64,000 nt of DNA from Patescibacteria group bacterium UBA926 (GTDB taxonomy: Bacteria > Patescibacteriota > Doudnabacteria > UBA920): NCBI GenBank assembly GCA_002293685.1, contig DBDS01000006.1:180909-244908 (forward strand). The letters run 5' to 3'. Of the stretch, positions 52,115 to 60,737 are shown piece by piece (position 1 is the first letter of the stretch; each line of letters begins with the position of its first letter). The notes below the pieces were generated by a model. The model did not search any database. It was not told where the DNA came from and saw only the letters and a program-made list of their open reading frames with translations. A program made the translations under genes and the position numbers.

Positions 52115-52579
52115 TCAATGCACGTCTGATATTTCACAATGCATTTGATTAATGGAAATTTCATCACCCACCTCTTTTCCCAAGCATGCTTGAGCAAGTG
52201 GGGCAGCGACTGAAATACTTACTACCTTAACCCCATCAATAGTAATCTCTTCACCCCCAGAACTAGTAACCAAGTAATACATCTTTCGCTTCTTGGTTAG
52301 TATGTCTGTGAGCTCAAATACCGCTCCTAGATAAACTTTATCCTGAGAATTTGCTTGCAATCTACCTAGCGACGAAATCACCTCGCGCAAATCACCTAAC
52401 TGTCGACTTTGAGCCAAAGCTAGATTACTAAGCGAAAATTTATTAGTATCAGAATGACTCACATTCGCACCCGGAGAATCCCACGCCCGCTTTTTATTGC
52501 CTTCGATGGACTCAGTAATAGAGCTTAGTATCTCCTTATACCGTTCCAAAAATTTAGACCTGACAGTTTCTTTATCCAT
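52115..52579 (-). CDS. GreA/GreB-like protein
   Basis: N-terminal coiled coil; ISVAAPLAQACLGKEVGD; AGGAGG before ATG 52579. Confidence 0.75.
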   Translation of the reverse strand: MDKETVRSKFLERYKEILSSITESIEGNKKRAWDSPGANVSHSDTNKFSLSNLALAQSRQLGDLREVISSLGRLQANSQDKVYLGAVFELTDILTKKRKMYYLVTSSGGEEITIDGVKVVSISVAAPLAQACLGKEVGDEISINQMHCEISDVH

Positions 52580-52590
52580 ATTTCCTCCTA

Positions 52591-53676
52591 TCAAAGCACG
52601 GAATCTTCTAACTTCAACCTTTCGGTTTTGGTTTTCAGTAGAAGATATTCTAAAATTTCCAGATCATAACCACCGCTTCCCACAGAATTCGTGGGCCTTA
52701 TTGCCATATTTTCCTTTGCTATTTTCAAATGAGGCTGGCGGAATTTCTCCATCCCTAGGAGAATCGACACCAATCCCTTGATAGAGTTCTGAGCAATAGG
52801 GTTTTCCAAGGACGAACACCTTGAAACTTGCAAAGCAATTGATGGCCTAACCATTATTTTACCAATGCGATTCCTGTACGCTTTTGGTAAATATTGCGTA
52901 CTTTCGTTCCAATAGCGAACATAGCTGATCTCATTACAATCTACGCCCCACAATATGAGATCCATAAGACATATAGGCATCTGAGCACCTCCAGGAGCAA
53001 AGTACTTCTTACCCCCGATTATCTTTGGCTCAAAAAAAGGTCGCAATGAATGAGTAAAAACCTCTGGAGAGATCTGCTTTCTCACTACGACTATATTTTT
53101 AACCATTTCTGAAAAATGATTTACGACTTCTTCACAAATGTTTGCATATTCGGGGTCTAGTAAGTCAAGTGACTGCAGAATCTCGAGCCCTGCTATGCAT
53201 ACTGGTAAATGACGCATTCCACTCACAAAAGAGTCTATAAATATCCTTTCTTCAGAATACATTGTAAAACGTCTCTGATTTTCACCTTTGGGATTTCTTG
53301 GCCCGTAGGTATAGACAGTATCAACTGGTAGCTCACGTGTAACTTCCCCAAGTTTTAACAAGACAGGCTCGAGCAGTGGAATGCTAGCAATTTTTACACC
53401 CCAACGATTAAGGGATGAGGCTAACATGCTCAAATCCCTGGTAACAGCCATGGCTGGTAACGCACTCATGGAAATGATGTTTTGGTATCCTACACTTGAG
53501 AAAGTCTTATCAAGTAGATTTAACATCTTAGAGGTGTCACCCGTTTGACTCAAGAAAGGAAATTCATTCATAAAACCCTTATCCCAGCCCAACGGATCAA
53601 GTTCAGCCACTGTTGCATCAATAAGATTCGAAAGTTTATACACGGAATACTCCGAACTCTCTTTAATAATATTCAT
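52591..53676 (-). CDS. PrnB/IDO-like heme-dependent enzyme
   Basis: DPLGWD, LRPFFEP, PGGAQMP, FRQPH, GSGGY resemble monodechloroaminopyrrolnitrin synthase PrnB family. Confidence 0.75.
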   Translation of the reverse strand: MNIIKESSEYSVYKLSNLIDATVAELDPLGWDKGFMNEFPFLSQTGDTSKMLNLLDKTFSSVGYQNIISMSALPAMAVTRDLSMLASSLNRWGVKIASIPLLEPVLLKLGEVTRELPVDTVYTYGPRNPKGENQRRFTMYSEERIFIDSFVSGMRHLPVCIAGLEILQSLDLLDPEYANICEEVVNHFSEMVKNIVVVRKQISPEVFTHSLRPFFEPKIIGGKKYFAPGGAQMPICLMDLILWGVDCNEISYVRYWNESTQYLPKAYRNRIGKIMVRPSIALQVSRCSSLENPIAQNSIKGLVSILLGMEKFRQPHLKIAKENMAIRPTNSVGSGGYDLEILEYLLLKTKTERLKLEDSVL

Positions 53677-53822
53677 AATTCCTCCTTCAATTCTATTCCT
53701 GGATTAAATCAACCGCAGGTTACGACCCCAGACCAAATCTAGAGGCAAAATCTATGGTAGATTTTTTTAACTCTTTATATCTGCTAAAATATATTCATAA
53801 TTTAATAACATAATTTAATAGC

Positions 53823-54371
53823 ATGGAAATTTACTTAGTCACAAAAAATCAAGGAAAGCTGATGGCGGCTCAAAAAGTTTTTAAAGACTCTAATATTAAA
53901 CTTCTCCCTGTTGAAAAAGATTACCCAGAAATTCAAGCCAACTCCTCCATCCAAATTGCTGAACATACAAGTATACAGGTCTCCGCTGAACTTGGAAAGC
54001 CAGCACTAAGGGAAGATCATAGTATTTGCCTATACGCCCTGAATGGATTACCAGGACCTTTTATGAGCTATTTTGGAGAGAAGATGTCTGATAAGGATTT
54101 ATTAAATCTTTTTAAGAATCAACAGAATCGAACTGGGTATTTTGAGGTTGCAACTGTATTAGCTTTTCCCGATGGTAAAACCATCAACTCAATATTTAAA
54201 GTAAATTTTACTCTAAGCGAACAGAGTAAGGGAGAACTACAAAGCGGATGGAATAGGATTATTATGCTTGAAGGAGAAACAAGAACCCTAGCTGAGTACC
54301 CAGAATCTGAAAGGCTACATATATGGGAACAAGGATATAAATCCATTGCAAATCAATTAGGGAGAGCCTAA
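53823..54371 (+). CDS. Ham1/ITPase-family non-canonical NTP pyrophosphatase (divergent)
   Basis: VTKNQGK, PEIQ, EDHS, LNGLPGPF, TLAE; lacks SHR. Confidence 0.82.
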   Translation: MEIYLVTKNQGKLMAAQKVFKDSNIKLLPVEKDYPEIQANSSIQIAEHTSIQVSAELGKPALREDHSICLYALNGLPGPFMSYFGEKMSDKDLLNLFKNQQNRTGYFEVATVLAFPDGKTINSIFKVNFTLSEQSKGELQSGWNRIIMLEGETRTLAEYPESERLHIWEQGYKSIANQLGRA

Positions 54372-55031
54372 TCTAATAAAGACACCGCGCAGAACATCAC
54401 GTGCGCCCTCACTGGTTTTTGAGCTATACTCATGTACTTGACCATTGGGTTCAATTTTGTTTTTCTGTAATAATTCCAATACCTGCTGATATGTAAGTAA
54501 TATCATCGGGAGTCCTAAGTTATTAAAATAAATAGGTCCGTTCAGTGCTTTTTTTAATTTACTCTCACCTCCATTTGCTACAAAAATATTTAAACACAAA
54601 AAGCCACCATGTTTCAGAATTCTAGATATTTCTGAAATTCCATTTTCTAAAATTTGTATAGAATTTCCATTATGCAATACCCCGCTTGCTATAACTACAT
54701 CAAATTGTGAATTTTTATAAGGGACATTTTGAAAGTCAGCTTTAATCACCCTATTTTCCGTATATCGATCACTAAACCCAAATGTACTGAATTTTTTTCT
54801 TGTCGCATTAACCATCTCAGTATGATAATCGCAAGCATAGACATCGAACCCCAGCTTTAAAGATAGCTCGGAGTTTCTTCCCGCACCACTTCCTAAGTCT
54901 AATAACTTAAGATTAAATGGATCTTTAAAGCCCCGCAAAAAATCTTCCCAGTATTTAGGATGGGGATAATTCTCAAACTCATTTACCACATGCAGATCAT
55001 TCCAATAATCCGACTGGGTCATAGTCTTCAT
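54357..55031 (-). CDS. Class I SAM-dependent methyltransferase
   Basis: LLDLGSGAGRN, FDVVIASGVLH, RILKHGG. Confidence 0.88.
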   Translation of the reverse strand: MKTMTQSDYWNDLHVVNEFENYPHPKYWEDFLRGFKDPFNLKLLDLGSGAGRNSELSLKLGFDVYACDYHTEMVNATRKKFSTFGFSDRYTENRVIKADFQNVPYKNSQFDVVIASGVLHNGNSIQILENGISEISRILKHGGFLCLNIFVANGGESKLKKALNGPIYFNNLGLPMILLTYQQVLELLQKNKIEPNGQVHEYSSKTSEGARDVLRGVFIRLGSP

Positions 55032-55041
55032 GGTTAATAAA

Positions 55042-56115
55042 TTATAGTTTACTTAATACTCTATACCCTCGATTATGAACCTTCGTGATAATGCAATCTA
55101 ATCCAGCTTTGGAAAATTCCTTAATACACTTCTTCTCATCACTTGTTATTGCAAAAAAAGCTGGTCCTACACTAGACAATGATAATGTATATACCTTGGG
55201 GTCCAAAAAGAGCTTCTTAATTCTCCGTGCAATACCTACCACAAGAGGATAAGCAAATGAGCAATTTTCTATGCTCCCATACAAAAACCTATAATTATAG
55301 ATAACTTTCGAGGCTGATTTCAGATCTCCGACTAACATCGCAGGGAGTGTGAAATGAATAAGCTGGTAGGCGACTTGCGTCCCCCATTTTTTTCCAGTTT
55401 CAATAAATTTTTTTATATTCTTTACTTCTTGCTTAATGAGTTCAGTAGAATCTCTTGGATTATAGTTTCTGGGAATCCCTATTACCACTTTCAAATCCTT
55501 TGAAATATTCATCTTAGCTATAATCTTGCTTTCCCCCGATATAACTATAAACCCAGCCTTAACTAGTGATGCGGCGGCGGCACCTCCAATGCACTGAACA
55601 TGTTGTAGCTCCGTAGAATTTCCATCAATTTCTTCTCCATGATTCTGAGCTAAATATAAAATTAAATCTGAATTCTTAATTGGCTTGCCATATATTTCAT
55701 TTATGGCAATAGCAATAGACGAAATCAACCCACTGCTAGAACCGAAACCGTAATGATTAAGGTTAACCTCTTCTTTAATGCTAATATCAAAACCATTCTT
55801 AGTATTTAAAGCTCTTTTCATCAACCTAGCTGCATGGACCGCTAACTGAGGCCTCGAACATCCGGGTAATACATTAATCCTAGAATCCTTTCGTATCCTA
55901 ACTAGAACTATTCGGTAAAGCTGTATTGGGAATACGATTTCTCCCGGGGTGTAAATTTTTGAATCATTAATTGCTATTAGTGAAGGATCTAAAGCCATAG
56001 CATTTAATCTGTACGGACATTTTATCACTACGCTTGAGTACGCAGGTCTAACCCTACCAACTACCATCTTTGGTGAGTTAAGAATCGTTCCAATCTTAAA
56101 TTTGGGAGATTTCAT
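55042..56115 (-). CDS. GHMP-fold protein, beta-RFAP synthase-like
   Basis: N-terminal PYRLN, HYGFGSSSG, LSSVGP, C-terminal HNRG. Confidence 0.7.
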   Translation of the reverse strand: MKSPKFKIGTILNSPKMVVGRVRPAYSSVVIKCPYRLNAMALDPSLIAINDSKIYTPGEIVFPIQLYRIVLVRIRKDSRINVLPGCSRPQLAVHAARLMKRALNTKNGFDISIKEEVNLNHYGFGSSSGLISSIAIAINEIYGKPIKNSDLILYLAQNHGEEIDGNSTELQHVQCIGGAAAASLVKAGFIVISGESKIIAKMNISKDLKVVIGIPRNYNPRDSTELIKQEVKNIKKFIETGKKWGTQVAYQLIHFTLPAMLVGDLKSASKVIYNYRFLYGSIENCSFAYPLVVGIARRIKKLFLDPKVYTLSLSSVGPAFFAITSDEKKCIKEFSKAGLDCIITKVHNRGYRVLSKL

Positions 56116-56629
56116 GGCGGGCCTTTACTTTGTTAATAGATTGAATAAAAATCACAGCTCTAGATACAGTTTTTTCTACCTCCCCTTCTAAGTTTGAGCA
56201 GATTAGCAATGGAATTTCTAATTGTTCAGACAAGCGATAAGCTTCATTTCTAGACCGCTTTAAGTCTAATTGTAAACTTGCCAGTTCAGTAAATCTTTTT
56301 TTCTTCTTGTCTGCTTTCAGTCTTTTTAACAAATGCTCGAGTGGTGGATCAAGTAAAATTAGTGCTTTTGTCCTTTCATTAGTATAATTCGTAGCTCTGT
56401 TTGGATTTTCAAACTCTAAATGCTCATCAATGAGCACCAAACCATTTGTATTATCCAATATCTCATACATAGCAAAGTCAGCCAGCGCCTTCTCTTGATA
56501 CTGACGAAATAACTCACTGTAGGTGATAGTCCTGCAATCCAGATCTTTGATTGAACCAATCATGGATAATAGAGTAGTCTTACCGCTCCCACTGACACCC
56601 GCAACCTTCACCGTCCAAAAATTTCCCAT
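56096..56629 (-). CDS. P-loop nucleoside monophosphate kinase (adenylate kinase-like)
   Basis: GVSGSGKTT, LIDEH, RLKADKKKKR lid region. Confidence 0.75.
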   Translation of the reverse strand: MGNFWTVKVAGVSGSGKTTLLSMIGSIKDLDCRTITYSELFRQYQEKALADFAMYEILDNTNGLVLIDEHLEFENPNRATNYTNERTKALILLDPPLEHLLKRLKADKKKKRFTELASLQLDLKRSRNEAYRLSEQLEIPLLICSNLEGEVEKTVSRAVIFIQSINKVKARHEISQI

Positions 56630-56678
56630 ATAAATGGTTTAATTTAAAGTTAAATAAAATATACAAATACATTATCCA

Positions 56679-56699
56679 TGTTGTCAATAGTTGACAACA
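56679..56699. promoter_or_regulatory. Perfect 9-bp inverted repeat / back-to-back -35 boxes
   Basis: tgttgtcaa-tag-ttgacaaca between divergent operons. Confidence 0.6.
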
Positions 56700-56812
56700 A
56701 AGAAAATTGTTGCTAAAAATTAATAACAAGAGAGGTTGTTTGAAACCCTCAATTTCTCAGTATATTTACTATTTTATTTGTTTTTTAGTTATATTTCATT
56801 AACAGTGGAAAA

Positions 56813-57577
56813 ATGAACGAACTTGAACAACAGCTTCAGAAAATCGGTCTATCTGATAAAGAAGCCAAGCTATATCTTGCACTACTTAGTGCTGGCCCTG
56901 TAACCGCTAGAGAAGTCGCGCATTTAGCCAAAATTAACCGTAGTACTACATACGTTATTTTAGAATCGTTGGTTAAAAAAGGCCTAGTCAGTAGTATAGA
57001 ACAAAACAAAATCCGAAAATATTCTTCAGTGAGCCCTGAGCGTCTACTTTCACATATAGAAGACCAGATTAGAGAATATACGAGTATGGTTGGTCAAGTG
57101 AATTCAATGCTACCTCAGTTAAAAAGCATCTACACAGGAATCGGCCCTAAACCCAAGATTCAGTACTTTGAAGAAGCTGAGGGAATAAAAACAGTTTACG
57201 AAGACACTTTAACCTCAAATGAAACCATCCGAGCATTCGCGTCTATTGATGATATGCATGAAGCTTTAGGTGAGTACTTCCCTGCCTACTATCATCGCCG
57301 AGCAGCAAAGAAGATTCATATCAAATCTATTCACCCCGACACTACAGCATCGAGAGAGAGAATGAAGCATAACAAAAAGGAAGCTCGCGAAGGATTGTTA
57401 ATACCTCAGGACAAGTTTGGTTTTACTCCTGAAATTAATATCTACAATGACAAAATTGCATTTATGTCACTGACAGAAAAGCATGCGATGGTAATTGAGA
57501 GTAAAGAGTTAGCCGACGCCCTCCGTAAAATTTTTGATTTAGCATGGATTGGTGCGAAATCAATCAGTAAGAAGTAA
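56813..57577 (+). CDS. TrmB-family transcriptional regulator
   Basis: GLSDKEAKLYLALL, INRSTTYVILESLVKKGLV, EINIYNDKI. Confidence 0.9.
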   Translation: MNELEQQLQKIGLSDKEAKLYLALLSAGPVTAREVAHLAKINRSTTYVILESLVKKGLVSSIEQNKIRKYSSVSPERLLSHIEDQIREYTSMVGQVNSMLPQLKSIYTGIGPKPKIQYFEEAEGIKTVYEDTLTSNETIRAFASIDDMHEALGEYFPAYYHRRAAKKIHIKSIHPDTTASRERMKHNKKEAREGLLIPQDKFGFTPEINIYNDKIAFMSLTEKHAMVIESKELADALRKIFDLAWIGAKSISKK

Positions 57578-57586
57578 ATCCATATC

Positions 57587-58396
57587 ATGTCACAGACACC
57601 ATTTAAAAAACTTGATAATCATTGGGGCCAAAAGTTTAATGCTTTTATCAAAGATGAAAGCACTAATATAAGTGGGACCATCAAAGACCGGAGAAATAAA
57701 CACATAATCTCCCGTGCTCAAGCTCTCCACGTCGATAAGTTGGTTATTATTACCTCAGGTAATAACGGATATAGCCTTGGGAATTTAGCAAGAAAAAGCA
57801 ATATTAAAATAGTTTCCATTATCGATAAAAATCGACCGCAGAAAGTCAAAAAAGAACTACTTCAGGTTTGCTATGACGTTATCGAACTTAATCTACACAG
57901 CAAATATCTCCTACCCGAAGATACAGTTAGATATGCCCGTGAAAATGATCAGGAGGTGATTTGGGACGTTACAAATGGCTATGAGGAAGGCTATGAAGAT
58001 GTGATTAAAGAAATCTATGCCAAAATCACCCCAGATTATATAGTAGTCCCTATCGGCAGCGGTGGAATTTTTTTCGCTTTTGCAGAAAAAACCGAACAAC
58101 TCAAACTGCCAACTAAAATCATTGGGGTCGATCTACAGCATAAAGCCTATAGCTTCGCAGATAAATTATATAACCCTTGGCCTTCTCCTTACGAGAAAAG
58201 TATCGAAAATTTCCGCCTTAACGGTCATAAAATAATTAGTCTTTCTGACACTGAAATCAAGCAAACTTATAACAAGTTTAAAAAACATATTGATTGTGAG
58301 CCTTCTGCCAGTGTCGTATTCGCCGCCCCAGATAAGTTCAAATTTGAACCAGCTGACAAAGTGGTATTTCTAAACACAGGAAAAGGCCTAATTTAA
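57587..58396 (+). CDS. PLP-dependent enzyme, fold type II (threonine/cysteine synthase-like)
   Basis: KDESTNISGTIKDR, TSGNNG, VPIGSGG, CEPSAS, NTG. Confidence 0.85.
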   Translation: MSQTPFKKLDNHWGQKFNAFIKDESTNISGTIKDRRNKHIISRAQALHVDKLVIITSGNNGYSLGNLARKSNIKIVSIIDKNRPQKVKKELLQVCYDVIELNLHSKYLLPEDTVRYARENDQEVIWDVTNGYEEGYEDVIKEIYAKITPDYIVVPIGSGGIFFAFAEKTEQLKLPTKIIGVDLQHKAYSFADKLYNPWPSPYEKSIENFRLNGHKIISLSDTEIKQTYNKFKKHIDCEPSASVVFAAPDKFKFEPADKVVFLNTGKGLI

Positions 58397-58446
58397 ACTA
58401 AAGGCAGATTATTGTGCTATAATATAGCCAGAAATATTGGAGCACT

Positions 58447-58899
58447 ATGCCCCCAGAAACAGAACTCAAAACTATCGTAATAGTTGAGGACGATGTTGCG
58501 ATGCGGGAAATTGTCACCCATAAGCTTTCGGCCAGCGGTTTCGTTGTCAAAGAAGCTGAGGATGGTAAAGCCGGCATCGATCTTATCGTGGAAACCAAGC
58601 CTAGCTTGGTATTGTTAGATTTAATGCTTCCCGAGGTTGATGGCTTCGCGGTTTTGGAAACCATCCGTAAACATAAAGATCCAGAAATAGCTAACACTCC
58701 AATCATCATTTTATCCAACCTTTGGAGCAATAAAGATATCCTCAAAACCAAAGCGCTTCACGTTCAAGCATATTTAGTTAAAGCCTACTTTACCACCGAG
58801 GAAATCTTGAAGAAAGTACAAGAAGTCCTCGCTAATCCAGAAAAATTTGCCGAGTTGTCTGTAAATAATCAATCTGGCGGTCCGCCGATAAATCAATAA
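58447..58899 (+). CDS. Single-domain response regulator
   Basis: VEDD, LLDLMLPEVDG, IILSN, YLVK. Confidence 0.92.
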   Translation: MPPETELKTIVIVEDDVAMREIVTHKLSASGFVVKEAEDGKAGIDLIVETKPSLVLLDLMLPEVDGFAVLETIRKHKDPEIANTPIIILSNLWSNKDILKTKALHVQAYLVKAYFTTEEILKKVQEVLANPEKFAELSVNNQSGGPPINQ

Positions 58900-58914
58900 A
58901 CTTCTTCTAATATA

Positions 58915-59153
58915 TAGATCCCCTCTTCTCCTCGCTTCGTCAACACAAAATCTCTACAAGATTTAGACGGACTTCGCTCTCAGACCAGAGATGACATCAG
59001 AGATCCTTCGCTACGCTCAGGATGACATAATTCTTTGACTATAGTGACAAAACAAAATCCCAGCATGTGCTGGGATTTATTTTAAATAAAAATCACCTCG
59101 TTGCAGAACTCATGGATCCCCGGTCGGTCGCTTCGCGACCACCGAGGATGACA
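58915..59153. repeat. Cluster of family A half-repeats around a bidirectional terminator
   Basis: Three agatcc/ggatcc...gatgaca units; aaaatcccagca-tg-tgctgggattt. Confidence 0.75.
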
Positions 59154-59173
59154 TCTGTACGAGGTGATAGTTT

Positions 59174-59446
59174 TTAAAGGATAGCGTCCTTTGCAGCTTT
59201 TGCTACAGTGAACTTTACTACAGTCTTAGCAGGAATAGAAATAGATTCACCTGTTGCTGGGTTGCGACCCATGCGAGCATCACGGTGCTTCTTTTTTAAC
59301 TTACCAAGGCCAGGAATTGAAAATTCGCCAGCAGATTTGGTTTCTTTGTAAGCCAATTCAACCATGGCTTCCATGAATTCTACTACTTCTTTTTTTGTCT
59401 TGCCGGTTTTTTCGGCTAAGTGTTGTAAAACTTCTGACTTAGTCAT
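59174..59446 (-). CDS. hup: DNA-binding protein HU
   Basis: MTKSEVL, ARMGRNPATGE.I.IPAK. Confidence 0.93.
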   Translation of the reverse strand: MTKSEVLQHLAEKTGKTKKEVVEFMEAMVELAYKETKSAGEFSIPGLGKLKKKHRDARMGRNPATGESISIPAKTVVKFTVAKAAKDAIL

Positions 59447-59721
59447 TGTTTTTCCTTAAATCTCCGTAGAGATATTTAATTGCTATCCCAAGACTCTAAT
59501 CTAAGAGTTGAGGTTATACAATTATCGTATACAAAAAACCTCGAAAAAACAAGGGTTTTTTGAACTTTCGTCAAGGGTTTATTAGGAAAAGTGAATATAA
59601 ATATTTTAGCGTTAGAAAAACTGGCTTATTGTTGAGGAAATTATACTTTATCCCCTATTTTATCGGAACTTTAAAATTTCTTAATTGGGACTTCATCGCA
59701 CTGTGAAATGATTAAATAAGT

Positions 59722-59792
59722 GGGCCCGATCCGGTGATAACACTAGGGTCGACACCTAAGTGTTGGCGGTTCAACCCCGCTCGGGTCCACCA
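59722..59792 (+). ncRNA. tRNA-like RNA (tmRNA TLD-like, G3:U70, encoded CCA, no D-stem)
   Basis: Acceptor GGGCCCG/CGGGTCC-A-CCA; T arm GGCGG-TTCAACC-CCGCT; long central stem. Confidence 0.75.
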
Positions 59793-59794
59793 GA

Positions 59795-59823
59795 TTGACA
59801 TGCGTACGTTTAAATGCTAAGTT
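59795..59823 (+). promoter_or_regulatory. Sigma70 promoter
   Basis: TTGACA-17 nt-(TGc)TAAGTT. Confidence 0.65.
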
Positions 59824-59827
59824 TGAA

Positions 59828-59897
59828 ATGTCGATCCTAGTGTTATTTGTCCCGAACCGGACAAAGCAAAAAGAACCCTCTACCGAGGGTTCTTTTT
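59828..59897 (+). ncRNA. Candidate ~70-nt sRNA antisense to the tRNA-like RNA
   Basis: 59829-59846 complementary to 59737-59754; 7-bp hairpin; terminator 59868-59897. Confidence 0.6.
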
Positions 59898-60033
59898 ATT
59901 AAGCACGATATTTAAAATTAAGTAATTTAATCGAAAACCCCGCAAGCGGGGTTTTCTCGGAGCCATAATGGCACTTTAGATATTTTAGGATATCGATTAT
60001 ATGTCTAGTTGTCAAGATGGCGATCTATCACAA

Positions 60034-60642
60034 CTATTCAGGTTTCAATTCGGCTTTCACAATGTATCTTTGCAGTGCCGTACCAATTGGATACGACGTC
60101 TGTAATGTTAGAATCTTTTTCCCTTTGGTATCTTGATCTAATAAATATGTGGCAGTATTCTCTGCTACAAACTTTTCGTAAACTATATATTTGAATTGCT
60201 CTGCTCTTTCGTTGGTAACAATAATCTCGGCACCAATTTCAACTTTTGGGAGCAATGCAAACACAGTTTTATAATCTCCTTTTGCAAATGCATAATCGGA
60301 AGAGTGGCCAAAGATATATGTGTTCCCGACCACACCTACAGGAGCTGTTCCCGGGTAAAGCACTACACCTCTCTGCAAGGCAGGTTGGAAGATTTCCTCC
60401 CCTACTCCATCAATGAATATAATCGGCGCGCGAATGTCTAATGTTGGAATATATAACTCATTGGCCTCCGAAACAATCTTCATTTCATCTCGTCGAATTT
60501 CTCTCTGAACCTCAGTTACGAATATTCGGTTTATATAATATCTAACTTGTTGATTAAAGTAATCAAAATTTAATAACACAAAACCAATCACCAATATACC
60601 GATAATGCCGAGAAGGATTTTTAAAATTTTACTTGGGACCAT
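60034..60642 (-). CDS. Sortase-family protein (catalytic Cys replaced by Ser)
   Basis: N-terminal TM; GNTYIFGHSS, LTLQTSYP, QRYIV. Confidence 0.85.
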   Translation of the reverse strand: MVPSKILKILLGIIGILVIGFVLLNFDYFNQQVRYYINRIFVTEVQREIRRDEMKIVSEANELYIPTLDIRAPIIFIDGVGEEIFQPALQRGVVLYPGTAPVGVVGNTYIFGHSSDYAFAKGDYKTVFALLPKVEIGAEIIVTNERAEQFKYIVYEKFVAENTATYLLDQDTKGKKILTLQTSYPIGTALQRYIVKAELKPE

Positions 60643-60696
60643 ATATTTGTATTTATATTATATCACCTATTATTGCGGATCATGTGAGACCAAAAG

Positions 60697-60730
60697 AAAA
60701 GAACCCTATTCTTTCGAACAGGGTTCTTTT
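60697..60730 (-). terminator. Intrinsic terminator after surface-protein gene
   Basis: aaaagaaccct...agggttctttt. Confidence 0.65.
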
Positions 60731-60737
60731 AGATATT

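Noticed and set aside
48228-58396. Prophage or integrative element explaining the island
   Set aside because: No integrase, transposase, phage gene or flanking direct repeat seen
59722-59792. Ordinary tRNA-Val(GAC), tRNA-Ser(CGA) or tRNA-Ala
   Set aside because: No D-stem, no U8, non-canonical anticodon loop, no long variable arm; reported as tRNA-like RNA instead
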